Shown here in pieces: positions 29,032-39,959 of a stretch of 47,697 nucleotides of DNA. The DNA comes from Bacteroidales bacterium. Lineage in GTDB: Bacteria > Bacteroidota > Bacteroidia > Bacteroidales > CAIWKO01. Position numbers and translations under genes: made by a program. The DNA is taken from positions 1 through 47,697 of the forward strand of contig DAOORA010000032.1 in assembly GCA_035389045.1 (NCBI GenBank). The letters run 5' to 3'. Position 1 is the first letter of the stretch. Each line of letters opens with the position of its first letter. The notes under the pieces were generated by a model. The model saw nothing but the letters and a program-made list of their open reading frames with translations. It made no database searches and was not told where the DNA came from.

Positions 29032-30468
29032 ATGAACCTTAAAATTGTGCATCTTCGTATATTTTTTATTGCAATGGCTACCTTGCTGCTTTTTTTGACA
29101 CCTTCATTATTATATGCTGCCGGCGGTGCATCAACACCTTCCATTGGCGGAATTCCTCTGGAATTTTTCCTGTTTGGATTGATTTTGCTTGGCGTGGCGC
29201 TTTTTCACAATCAAACTTTTTGGGTTGCAGTGATTGGATTGACCCTAGTTTTAAGTTATAAGTTGATATTTGATCCCAATTTTCATGTATTGGAACATTT
29301 TTTTGGTTCCAATTCATTTGCCGACCAGCTTTTTGGCAAGGATGCCTCCGGCGAATGGATGCGTCAGGGCGAATGGGGTACTTTGCTGAATCTGCTGGGC
29401 TTGTTGTTGGGTTTCTCGGTATTGGCAAAGGTATTTGAAGAGTCCGGCGTTCCTGACATCGTGCCGAAGTATCTTCCGAAAAGCTGGATGGGCCCTTTTA
29501 TTCTTCTGGTATTTGTTTGTATAATATCTTCTTTCCTTGATAATATTGCCGCAGCCTTGATCGGGGGCACTATTGCTCTGGTAGTTTTTAAGAATAAAGT
29601 GCATGTGGGATTCATTGCAGCCATTGTCGCCGCAAGCAATGCCGGCGGTTCAGGCAGCGTCGTAGGCGATACCACCACCACCATGATGTGGATCGATGGG
29701 GTGGCACCTTCAAATGTCTTTCATGCCTATGTGGCCGCTGTTGTTGCATTGATCATCATTGGCTGGTTTGCAGCCCACCAGCAACACAAGTTTCACCCTA
29801 TTGAAAAAACAGCCGGGTTAACAGCTAAAGTGGATTGGAAAAAGCTCCTCGTTGTGTTCCTGATTCTTGTGGGTGCCATTATATCCAATTTTATGTATGA
29901 TATGCCTGCGTTGGGAGTTTGGATTGCATTATTCATTGGATTGTTGTTTACCAGACTACCCTGGAAAGAAGTACCGGGAGCTATCAAAGGAACAGTGTTT
30001 TTGTTGTGCCTGGTAACATGCGCTTCGCTGATGCCGGTGGAAAAACTTCCCGAAGCTTCGTGGATGACCGCCTTTGTGCTGGGCTTTGTTTCTGCAGTGT
30101 TCGACAATATCCCGCTGACCAAGCTTTGTCTCGAACAAGGACACTACGACTGGGGTATGCTGGCCTACACGGTTGGTTTCGGCGGATCCATGATATGGTT
30201 TGGTTCTTCGGCAGGAGTGGCCATTACCAATAAATTCCCCGAGGCTCGAAATGTGCTGTTGTGGCTCAGAAAAGGTTGGCATGTTACCCTGGCCTACGTG
30301 GCAGGTTTCTTCGTACTGTTCATGGTGCTTGGTTGGGAACCGGCAGATAACAGGGTACACAAAGAACCGGCAATAAATTGTCCCGCTCAGGAATGTGGCG
30401 CCCGCGATCATGCAAAACTGCTGGAACTGCAGAAATCGGGTGTGTTAGACAGCCTGCAACTGAAATAG
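29032..30468 (+). CDS. Ion-transporter superfamily permease (NhaD/ArsB/CitMHS-like), paralog 2
   Basis: Same motifs as 26969-28372, with long identical peptide stretches. Confidence 0.85.
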   Translation: MNLKIVHLRIFFIAMATLLLFLTPSLLYAAGGASTPSIGGIPLEFFLFGLILLGVALFHNQTFWVAVIGLTLVLSYKLIFDPNFHVLEHFFGSNSFADQLFGKDASGEWMRQGEWGTLLNLLGLLLGFSVLAKVFEESGVPDIVPKYLPKSWMGPFILLVFVCIISSFLDNIAAALIGGTIALVVFKNKVHVGFIAAIVAASNAGGSGSVVGDTTTTMMWIDGVAPSNVFHAYVAAVVALIIIGWFAAHQQHKFHPIEKTAGLTAKVDWKKLLVVFLILVGAIISNFMYDMPALGVWIALFIGLLFTRLPWKEVPGAIKGTVFLLCLVTCASLMPVEKLPEASWMTAFVLGFVSAVFDNIPLTKLCLEQGHYDWGMLAYTVGFGGSMIWFGSSAGVAITNKFPEARNVLLWLRKGWHVTLAYVAGFFVLFMVLGWEPADNRVHKEPAINCPAQECGARDHAKLLELQKSGVLDSLQLK

Positions 30469-30486
30469 TTTATTACTTATGGAATT

Positions 30487-30906
30487 ATGACGCATTTCCA
30501 CTATGGGGAAGTGCTGCAAAACATTATTGCCTCTATGCAAAAGGTTAATAAGGTAACAGGAATACTTGTTATTGCTTTGTTTTACTGCATCTCGGCAGGT
30601 TTGGTAAATACAAACTACGATAACGCCGAGTTTGCAGTATTATCCAAAGCCGACAAGAATGTATATTCCTCCGTTGCCATGTTGAACATGCAATGCCATA
30701 CCGTTCCCGGCGACAATCAGGTTAAGACCATCAGTTCCCTGGCCGCTAAATTCATCAGGATAGAATTTTGTAAATTATCAGTTATTGATGAACACTTTAG
30801 TGGTGTATTCGGGCAGAGATCTGGCAGGAGTATTTTTAATGTTGCCAATTTTTTTATACAGAAGTATAAAAAAAGCATCCTGTTCCCTTTTCATAATTTC
30901 TGGTAA
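30487..30906 (+). CDS. Hypothetical protein ending ...LFPFHNFW (possible leader ORF)
   Basis: Hydrophobic N-terminal segment and aromatic C-terminal motif. The start may be ATG 30535. Confidence 0.6.
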   Translation: MTHFHYGEVLQNIIASMQKVNKVTGILVIALFYCISAGLVNTNYDNAEFAVLSKADKNVYSSVAMLNMQCHTVPGDNQVKTISSLAAKFIRIEFCKLSVIDEHFSGVFGQRSGRSIFNVANFFIQKYKKSILFPFHNFW

Positions 30907-30989
30907 CCCGTAGTCTGTCAATTTTTGTAAAAACCTTTAAGGCGCTGCCTGTGCAGTGCTTCAATATTTTATTATTTAATTTAATCATT

Positions 30990-31469
30990 ATGAGTAACAC
31001 AACCATCATATCGGTAGCTATTTTTATAACTCTAACTTTAGTCCTGATTCTTTCTTTCAGGATTAATAAACAAAGTAAAATAAAAAAGAAATTGAGTGCA
31101 TTACATGATTCTGCTTCCAAAAATAATTGTAACATCACAAAACATGAATTTTGCGGTGATTTGTTAATCGGCATGGATGAACCGGCTGGTTTTGTTTTTT
31201 TTCTTCGGTTTGCACACGACCAGATAAGTAAGCAACATATCAACCTGGCGGAAATAGCTGACTGCAGGGTAATGAACACCAGCCGCTCTGCCAATGGAAC
31301 CGTGGTAATTGATAAACTGGAGTTGTGTTTTACAGCTACAGAAAAAACCAACCCGCAGGTATTATGGGAATTTTATAATTCTCACCATAACCCAGCCCTG
31401 ATTGGCGAACTTCAATTTATTGAAAAATGGGCTGAAATCATAAAAAACAAACTGAAAAAAAAACGCTGA
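30990..31469 (+). CDS. Hypothetical membrane-anchored protein
   Basis: N-terminal TM helix, basic linker and soluble domain. ATG 30990 preferred over GTG 30951. Confidence 0.7.
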   Translation: MSNTTIISVAIFITLTLVLILSFRINKQSKIKKKLSALHDSASKNNCNITKHEFCGDLLIGMDEPAGFVFFLRFAHDQISKQHINLAEIADCRVMNTSRSANGTVVIDKLELCFTATEKTNPQVLWEFYNSHHNPALIGELQFIEKWAEIIKNKLKKKR

Positions 31470-31561
31470 TACCTGAGGTCGGCATCTGTTTTTGACTCAC
31501 TACTTAATGATTTTACCAGGTATTTATGTCAACTCTCAAACTGGCTGACATATTTTGATAT

Positions 31562-31594
31562 AAAAAAAGCCGCACGAAAGGTGCGGCTTTTTTT
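31562..31594. terminator. Bidirectional intrinsic terminator
   Basis: AAAAAAAGCCGCAC-GAAAG-GTGCGGCTTTTTTT between convergent genes. Confidence 0.92.
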
Positions 31595-31610
31595 CTTAAA
31601 AATAAAATTA

Positions 31611-32969
<1,359 letters not shown>

Positions 32970-33193
32970 TTATTAATAAAAACATCCGCAAAGGAAGTCT
33001 AAAATTTTCTACTGGTGAAATTTTTTTATTTGTTTTTTCATACATAAAACTCTAAATTTTAAGTAATTAAGATACTGACATTATTAATTGAAACACTTAG
33101 GAATTCATACGTAGAATACTTAAAATTTACGATTTTACATGAAAGTTGAATTACATTGAATTATATTACTTTATTTTTATAAAAAAAAAGAAC

Positions 33194-36100
33194 ATGGCTA
33201 CGATAATAAATAATCATGATGAACTTCAGAAGTTGGCAGCCGAAAATGCTGAACGATTGAAAGAGCTTGCCTGTATTAATCAGACCACGCAAATATTAAG
33301 GGAAGACAGGCCTGTAAGTGAAACGTTTCAAAAAATATGCAACATTCTGCCTAAAGCATGGCAATATCCCGAGCACACTGTAGCCATGATCACCTACGAT
33401 AATCTGGAAGTCTCAACACCGGATTATGAAAAGACAGAATGGCGTCAGTTGCAGGCTTTTCAAACTATTGATGACAAAAAAGGCTTTATTCAGGTATGTT
33501 ATACAAAAGAGTTTCCCGACTGTGATGAAGGGCCGTTTCTTGTGGAGGAGCGCAGTCTTATCGAAAATATTGCCAACCTGATAACCGGCTATATCAACAG
33601 TATGCTGGCCAAATTGATCATAACCAAGACCAATATTTCAGATATTTCTGCCGGGGATCTGATTCAGCCTGATACAGCAAAAATAATGGGAAGACAGCTC
33701 TTGCAACGGTTTTTAAACAAGCAGAATTACGAACGGGATATTTTCCACGACCTGATGCCTTTTAAAGTCAGGGAGATATTGATCGTGGCCAATTTGTACG
33801 ATGCATATAATATTGAAAAGGAAGGCCGTTTTGTTGAACATTTCCTGGGGGAATATTACCAGCTGAACCTGATCTCGATGCCCCGTGTTACGGGTGTTTC
33901 GTCGGCTGAGGAAGTATTCAGGGAACTGCGGGGCAAACATTTCGACATGGTTATTTTTATGATGGGCGCCGATAGAAATATCCCTTCAGGGATCAGCAAA
34001 GAGATCAAGGCCGGTTATCCTTATATTCCAATATATATGATGCTCAATAATATAGGCGATATTGAGTATTATGAGAAGAAAAAAGAAATGTTTTCTGCCA
34101 TAGACAATGTTTTTGTCTGGAACGGTGACACCAAGGTGTTTTTTGCTATGGTCAATCATCTTGAAGACCGTGTCAATGTTGATAACGACACTAAGGTCGG
34201 TTTTGTCAGGGTAATACTATTGGTGGAGGATTCATCCATTTATTATTCAAAATATATGCCTTTGCTTTATACCAATGTGATGCAGCAAACCCAGCGGATC
34301 ATTGAGGATGTCAGTTCGGATGAACTTCTTAAAGTGCTCAGGTTAAAAGCGCGGCCCAAAATACTGCTGGCAAAGAATTATGAGGATGCCATCCAGATTT
34401 TTGATAAATATAAAGACTATCTGCTATGTCTGATCACGGATGTTAAATATGAACGAAATGGCCAGCTTGATGATAATGCCGGTGTGAAACTCGTTGAATA
34501 TGTGAGGAGCCAGAAAAAGGATATTCCTATTATTTTACAGTCATCCGATCCTGAAAATGCCGATAAAGCTTTTGAACTGAAAACTATTTTTATTGATAAA
34601 AATTCTTCTACCTTGTTGCAGGATGTTCAGAGTTTTATCACTCATTACCTGGGTTTTGGCAATTTCATTTATAAAAATGCCGAAGGTAAACAGATCGCCA
34701 TTGCAAGGTCGCTGAAAGAATTTGAGAATTATCTTAAAATTATTCCCGATGATTCGCTTGTATACCATGCGAAGAGGGATCACTTTTCGCTATGGCTGAT
34801 GGCAAGAGGCGAGGTGCAGCTTGCACGGTTCATTAATCCATACAAGGTTCAGGATTTTACAACAACAAATGATTTAAGGGAATTTTTGCTTCATGCCATA
34901 CGGATGCACCGGAGCGAGCACAATAAAGGGAAGGTCATCAGTTACGAAGAAGTGGACAGCCTTGAAGAAAGCAGCATCATCAGCCTGGCTTCAGGGTCGC
35001 TGGGCGGCAAGGGACGCGGAGTCGCATTTATCAATACGCTGATCTATCATTTCGACTTTCATAACCTTATCCCGAATATCAATATACGATGCCCGGTAAC
35101 GTTGATCATCGGCACCGACGAGTTTGAATATTTTCTCGACAGGAACAAACTCAGGAATATTGTGGCCACGGCTGAGAGTTATGAAGAAATCAGGCAGCAA
35201 TTTGTGAAAGGAAACCTGGGCGATGGACTGGTAAAACGTTTAAGGAAGGTGATGAAACTCATCAAAAATCCTATTGCTGTAAGGTCGTCTGGCTTGTTTG
35301 AAGATTCATTGATGCAGCCTTTTGCCGGTATCTTTGAGACCTATCTGCTGCCAAACAGCAATCCGGATCCTGATACCTGCCTGAAACAGCTTATGACCGC
35401 TATAAAACTTGTTTTCGCTTCTGTCTATTCAAAAGTGGCACGGGGCTATGTGGAAGCGATCAATTATAATATTGAAGATGAGAAAATGGCGATAGTGCTC
35501 CAGGAAGTTGTGGGAAACAGATATGGGGATTATTTTTATCCTCACATCAGCGGTGTGGCACAGTCGTATAATTACTATCCTATCGGGCATATGAAACCAG
35601 AAGAGGGGGTTGCTGTAATGGCTGTAGGACTTGGTACTTACGTCGTCGACGGAGAGAAAGCGTACCGTTTTTCGCCCAAATACCCGACCACGGAGAATTA
35701 TACGACCAAAGACCTGTATAAGAATTCACAATTATATTTTTATGCGGTTGACCTGAGCAATATGGATGTGAACCTCATGGAAGGTGAGGAGGCCGGCCTG
35801 AAAAAACTGGATATTGATGAAGCTGAAAGCCATGGCAACCTTAAACATTGTGCATCGGTGTATGATGCAGACAACGACCGGATGATACCCGGCATCAACA
35901 ATCCGGGCCCGCGCGTGGTGAATTTCGCCAACATCCTGAAATATCATTATGCACCTCTTGCAGAAACGATTCAGGTGGTGCTTGACATTGTCAAAGAGGC
36001 GCTTGGAACCCCGGTTGAGATTGAGTTTGCCGTTGATCTGAACAAGGACAGCAAAAACAGGGCTTCATTTTATTTGCTGCAAATAAAACCCTTGCTGGGT

Positions 36101-36652
36101 AATGCGCAGGATTATGAAATTGATATGGATGAAATCGACAGGAACAAAATCGTGGTATATGCCGAGAAAGCAATGGGCAATGGCAAAGTTGATAATATCC
36201 GTGATCTGGTCTATGTGGATATTGACCTTTTTGATAAGGCACGAACTGAGGAAATGGCAAAAGAGATAGACGACCTGAACCGAGAAATGATAGAGCAGAA
36301 TAAACAATATATTCTTATCGGCCCGGGCAGATGGGGCACCCGCGATAAATGGATCGGCATCCCGGTTAACTGGCCGCAGATCTCGAATGCTAAATTTATC
36401 ATTGAAACAAGCCTTGAAGACTTTCCGCTGGACGCCTCATCAGGCTCGCATTTTTTTCATAATGTAACATCCATGAATATCGGATATTTTTCGGTGCAGC
36501 CGGAAGTAAGCAAAAGCTATATTGCATGGGATATATTCACCAATCAAAAACTTATTAAAAAAACTGCATTTTTCCGGCATATTGAGTTTGAAAAACCGCT
36601 GACCGTGAGGATGGACGGAAAGAAAAGAGTCGCTGTAGTATCTTTGGATTGA
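33194..36652 (+). CDS. PEP-synthase/PPDK N-terminal (ATP-grasp) domain protein with receiver-like domains and an N-terminal GAF-like extension
   Basis: GSLGGKGRG, PIAVRSS..EDS...PFAG..ET, EKMA...QEVVG, VEIEFA, LLQIKP. Receiver-like ILLVEDS..ITDV..PIILQS. N-terminal ERLKEL..AWQYP..GPFL.EE. ATG 33194 preferred over TTG 33146. Confidence 0.85.
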   Translation: MATIINNHDELQKLAAENAERLKELACINQTTQILREDRPVSETFQKICNILPKAWQYPEHTVAMITYDNLEVSTPDYEKTEWRQLQAFQTIDDKKGFIQVCYTKEFPDCDEGPFLVEERSLIENIANLITGYINSMLAKLIITKTNISDISAGDLIQPDTAKIMGRQLLQRFLNKQNYERDIFHDLMPFKVREILIVANLYDAYNIEKEGRFVEHFLGEYYQLNLISMPRVTGVSSAEEVFRELRGKHFDMVIFMMGADRNIPSGISKEIKAGYPYIPIYMMLNNIGDIEYYEKKKEMFSAIDNVFVWNGDTKVFFAMVNHLEDRVNVDNDTKVGFVRVILLVEDSSIYYSKYMPLLYTNVMQQTQRIIEDVSSDELLKVLRLKARPKILLAKNYEDAIQIFDKYKDYLLCLITDVKYERNGQLDDNAGVKLVEYVRSQKKDIPIILQSSDPENADKAFELKTIFIDKNSSTLLQDVQSFITHYLGFGNFIYKNAEGKQIAIARSLKEFENYLKIIPDDSLVYHAKRDHFSLWLMARGEVQLARFINPYKVQDFTTTNDLREFLLHAIRMHRSEHNKGKVISYEEVDSLEESSIISLASGSLGGKGRGVAFINTLIYHFDFHNLIPNINIRCPVTLIIGTDEFEYFLDRNKLRNIVATAESYEEIRQQFVKGNLGDGLVKRLRKVMKLIKNPIAVRSSGLFEDSLMQPFAGIFETYLLPNSNPDPDTCLKQLMTAIKLVFASVYSKVARGYVEAINYNIEDEKMAIVLQEVVGNRYGDYFYPHISGVAQSYNYYPIGHMKPEEGVAVMAVGLGTYVVDGEKAYRFSPKYPTTENYTTKDLYKNSQLYFYAVDLSNMDVNLMEGEEAGLKKLDIDEAESHGNLKHCASVYDADNDRMIPGINNPGPRVVNFANILKYHYAPLAETIQVVLDIVKEALGTPVEIEFAVDLNKDSKNRASFYLLQIKPLLGNAQDYEIDMDEIDRNKIVVYAEKAMGNGKVDNIRDLVYVDIDLFDKARTEEMAKEIDDLNREMIEQNKQYILIGPGRWGTRDKWIGIPVNWPQISNAKFIIETSLEDFPLDASSGSHFFHNVTSMNIGYFSVQPEVSKSYIAWDIFTNQKLIKKTAFFRHIEFEKPLTVRMDGKKRVAVVSLD

Positions 36653-36871
36653 TCAAATGATTTTTGTATCAGGAATTAACTTCAAACCATTTGTAATGCC
36701 CGGAAAGACTGAAAGGATACTGTTTTGAATTCGTGATAATTTTCTGATTCATATTCATCAAACATGATAAAACGGCTCTGTGATCGGACAAAACTATTTG
36801 TAAATATTTTGCTGTTAGGAATAAGGAATGATTTTTGCAGCTTTTTGACCCTGAATTTTTAATCAAGTCAT

Positions 36872-37363
36872 ATGAAAAAGCATATTACAGGCTCTTTGAA
36901 GTTTTTTGCTGCCATGCTTCTGATATTTTTTGTTTCGGGAGTTTCTGCGCAAATGAAATCATATTCATGGGCTTCTTATAAGATGAAGTTCAAAGTACCC
37001 GAAAACTTCAAAGTTGATGAAGCTACCGGCACAAAATGGATCGGCCATAACAGCACTATTACATTAAGTATTTATCCGCGTAAAAACGATCAGGTATCAC
37101 AATCTGACCTAAAAACCGCCCTATATAACTGGACCGTGGAAAACGGAGTGAAAAACATTGATGAAGGAACAGAAATTGATCCGCAGAAACTGAACAGATA
37201 TGAGGGGTTTTTATATGAGGGTAAAACGGATGATTTTTCTGTTGAAACATTGCTGATTTCCGACCCCGATTATCCGGGAATAGTTTTTTATATATGTATA
37301 CACTATAAGCCTGGAAGTGAAGCAGATGTGCTAAAAATTGTGACAAGTTTCACACCTGTATAA
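36872..37363 (+). CDS. Hypothetical exported protein, tandem paralog 1
   Basis: Signal peptide ending VSA-Q; shares motifs with 37481-37972. Confidence 0.8.
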   Translation: MKKHITGSLKFFAAMLLIFFVSGVSAQMKSYSWASYKMKFKVPENFKVDEATGTKWIGHNSTITLSIYPRKNDQVSQSDLKTALYNWTVENGVKNIDEGTEIDPQKLNRYEGFLYEGKTDDFSVETLLISDPDYPGIVFYICIHYKPGSEADVLKIVTSFTPV

Positions 37364-37480
37364 AATTTGTTTTCAGGGAATCTCAAAATCATGCCGGTTT
37401 TGGTTTAAAAGATATATTTTTGTAAAAAATAGTTTTGATTCTGGAACAATAAGTTGCAAATAAATTAATATCTAAATCTT

Positions 37481-37972
37481 ATGAATACAAGTTTAAAAAA
37501 ATTTGTTTTTGTTTTTTTGACATGTTCATTGTTTTTTGCAGTGACGGGAGTTTTTGCCCAAATGAAAACCTATGATTGGGAACCCTATAAAACTCAGTTT
37601 AAAGTACCTTCAGATTTCGTGGTGACCGAATCGAGCGGAACCAAGTGGTCGGGAAAAAATGGAGATATTGCACTGACCATTTATCCCCGTAAAGACGAAA
37701 ACCTGAGTCATTCCGAAATGCTGGATGCCGTTTATGAATGGGCAGTGAAAAGTGGTGTAAAGGACATTGGCGACCCTGTTGAACTGGATACCGAAAAACT
37801 TAATGGCTACTGGGGCTACCTGTACGAAGGTACTGTCGACGGATTTCCCGTAGGCACCATGCTGATTGTTGATCCTGATTATCCTGAAATAAGCCTGTAT
37901 ATATGGGTTTCCTATCGTGAGGGATTTGAAGACACTGTTATTGACATGCTGATGAGTTTTATTCCCATGTAA
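37481..37972 (+). CDS. Hypothetical exported protein, tandem paralog 2
   Basis: Signal peptide ending VFA-Q. Same length as paralog 1 and shares FKVP, IYPRK, KLN.Y.G.LYEG and DPDYP. Confidence 0.8.
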   Translation: MNTSLKKFVFVFLTCSLFFAVTGVFAQMKTYDWEPYKTQFKVPSDFVVTESSGTKWSGKNGDIALTIYPRKDENLSHSEMLDAVYEWAVKSGVKDIGDPVELDTEKLNGYWGYLYEGTVDGFPVGTMLIVDPDYPEISLYIWVSYREGFEDTVIDMLMSFIPM

Positions 37973-37995
37973 TCATGGACGCTGATATTTTTTGT

Positions 37996-38024
37996 ACTCC
38001 TTTCGCTTATGGAAGGAGTTTTTT
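37996..38024 (+). terminator. Intrinsic terminator
   Basis: ACTCCTTTC-GCTTAT-GGAAGGAGT followed by a T run. Confidence 0.6.
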
Positions 38025-38044
38025 ATTTTTACTCAAAAATGCTT

Positions 38045-38446
38045 ATGAAAAAACCTGTAATTGTTTTTGCATCTGATGATATAAACAACCATTGGAAATG
38101 GCGTTATCAGATGGCTGAAGCTATTGCTCAGAAGATTAATTCCGACGAATTGGGAGTCAAAGCCATATATCTGATAGGCAGTACGAAAAATGCGTTCTGT
38201 GGACCCGCTAGTGATATTGATCTGATGATACATTTTGCTGGTGATCAACAACAGAAAATGATGCTGCAGAGTTGGATCGATGGATGGAGCAAATGCCTGG
38301 CATCACTGAATGATATGCTTACTGGTCATCATGATAAGCGGGGATTGATCGATCTTCATGTGATTACCGACAAGGACATAAAAGAAAGCAATAGTTATAC
38401 CGTGAAAATAGGCGCACATACTGATCCCGCGCGAAAATTATTATAG
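38045..38446 (+). CDS. Standalone Pol-beta-superfamily minimal nucleotidyltransferase domain protein
   Basis: IYLIGSTKN...GPASDIDL (hGS...DxD) plus a third acidic residue in LIDLH. The 38009 ATG lies in the terminator, so the start is probably 38039 or 38045. Confidence 0.8.
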   Translation: MKKPVIVFASDDINNHWKWRYQMAEAIAQKINSDELGVKAIYLIGSTKNAFCGPASDIDLMIHFAGDQQQKMMLQSWIDGWSKCLASLNDMLTGHHDKRGLIDLHVITDKDIKESNSYTVKIGAHTDPARKLL

Positions 38447-38507
38447 GCCGGTTCAATTGTCTCATCAGAGAATGTGTTATAAAAAAATATCAAATATATA
38501 ATCATCT

Positions 38508-39959
38508 ATGCTTATTGTATTTATTCTTTATCTTTTGATCCTGGTGGGGATTACCATATATACTGCCAACAAATCCAGGAACTCCTCGGAGTATGTCCTG
38601 GGTGGCCGGAAAATTCCCGGGATTGCATTAGCTCTGTCAGAAAGGTCTACAGGTGAATCGGCTTGGCTGATTCTGGGCCTTACCGGTGAGGCCTTTGCCA
38701 TTGGCTTGCAATCGGTATGGGTGGCTGTCGGTTGCGTTACGGGGATCGTATTTATCTGGACTGTCATGAGCAATCGCCTGCGCCTTGAAGCTGAAAGGAC
38801 AGGGGCGTTGACTGTCTCCGGAATATTATACAAACGTTTCCCCGGCGCCGAAAAAACTATTGGCCTGCTATCGGCTTCTATCGTTGTCTTTTTCTTTTTG
38901 TTTTATGTGGAAGCGCAGTTTTATGGCAGCGGTAAAGTGCTCGAACAAACCTTTGGTATCCCTGGCTTCTGGGGTGTCATTATCGGTTCGCTGATCGTGG
39001 TTTTTTATACCATGCTGGGTGGTTTTATCACGGTGGTTTATACCGATGTTTTGCAGGCAATACTCATGATCATCACATTGATAGTCCTGCCTGTAATTCT
39101 CATATACATAGTTGCTTCAGATAATGTAAATGTAAGCCGGGCACTGATAGAAGCAGGTAATAATTACAATTCCATAACAGGAGGAAAAACAGGTATTCCG
39201 GCATTGCTGCTGATCCTCAGCGGTCTGAGCTGGATGTTCGGATATACAGGCCAACCCCAGCTGCTTACCCGTATGATGGCAATTAAAGATAAGAAGGACA
39301 TTAGAAATGCAAAGGGTGTGGCTATAGTTTGGACAATCATAGCCTATGCCGGAGCTTTGATGATTGGAATTTTTGGCTTTGTACTTATGAAAAATCATTA
39401 TTTCGATTCCGCTGCAACTGCTTTATCAGCCGATGCAGAAAAGATACTTCCGGTTCTGATCAACACATTTGTAGGCCCTGTAATTGCAGGATTATTGCTC
39501 TCCGGTGCGATCTCTGCCATGATGTCGACGGCTTCTTCCGAGATCATTGTCAGTTCCTCGTCCATCACAGAAGATATGTACGGGAATCTTGCCCTGAGAA
39601 AGAAAAGCGGGAAAAAACTGCTGACACTGAACCGACTGGTGACCTTAGGTGTGGGGTTGCTTGCTTTTGTGCTTGCCTTAACAGTTAAAGATTCTGTTTA
39701 CGGTTTGGTTTCTTATGCCTGGTCAGGAATTGGTTCCTCATTCGGCCCGGCTTTGCTGCTTATTTTATTCTGGAAAAGAATCTCGCGTGCGGGTGTTATC
39801 GCTTCACTGATTTCAGGAACTGCCGGCACTATTGTCTGGAAACTGTGTTTATCCAACCCTGCAGGTATTTCCGAACGCCTTACCAGTTTTGTTTTTGCGT
39901 TGCTGATGGCAGCATTGTTTTCTTATATTTTTCCTGAAAAAAATAAAAATCATATATGA
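38508..39959 (+). CDS. putP: Sodium/proline symporter (SSS family)
   Basis: YVLGGR, ALSE..TGESAW, YT.LGGF..V..TD..Q, GY.GQPQ...R.M, SAMMSTASS, AWSG.G.SFGP. Confidence 0.85.
   Translation: MLIVFILYLLILVGITIYTANKSRNSSEYVLGGRKIPGIALALSERSTGESAWLILGLTGEAFAIGLQSVWVAVGCVTGIVFIWTVMSNRLRLEAERTGALTVSGILYKRFPGAEKTIGLLSASIVVFFFLFYVEAQFYGSGKVLEQTFGIPGFWGVIIGSLIVVFYTMLGGFITVVYTDVLQAILMIITLIVLPVILIYIVASDNVNVSRALIEAGNNYNSITGGKTGIPALLLILSGLSWMFGYTGQPQLLTRMMAIKDKKDIRNAKGVAIVWTIIAYAGALMIGIFGFVLMKNHYFDSAATALSADAEKILPVLINTFVGPVIAGLLLSGAISAMMSTASSEIIVSSSSITEDMYGNLALRKKSGKKLLTLNRLVTLGVGLLAFVLALTVKDSVYGLVSYAWSGIGSSFGPALLLILFWKRISRAGVIASLISGTAGTIVWKLCLSNPAGISERLTSFVFALLMAALFSYIFPEKNKNHI

Noticed and set aside
30854..31351. 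165-aa minus-strand ORF
   Set aside because: It is antisense to the better-supported 30990-31469 gene, which fits the local orientation and terminator.
38045..38446. MNT-HEPN toxin-antitoxin or CBASS cyclase
   Set aside because: No HEPN or effector gene is adjacent, and the protein is far shorter than CD-NTases.
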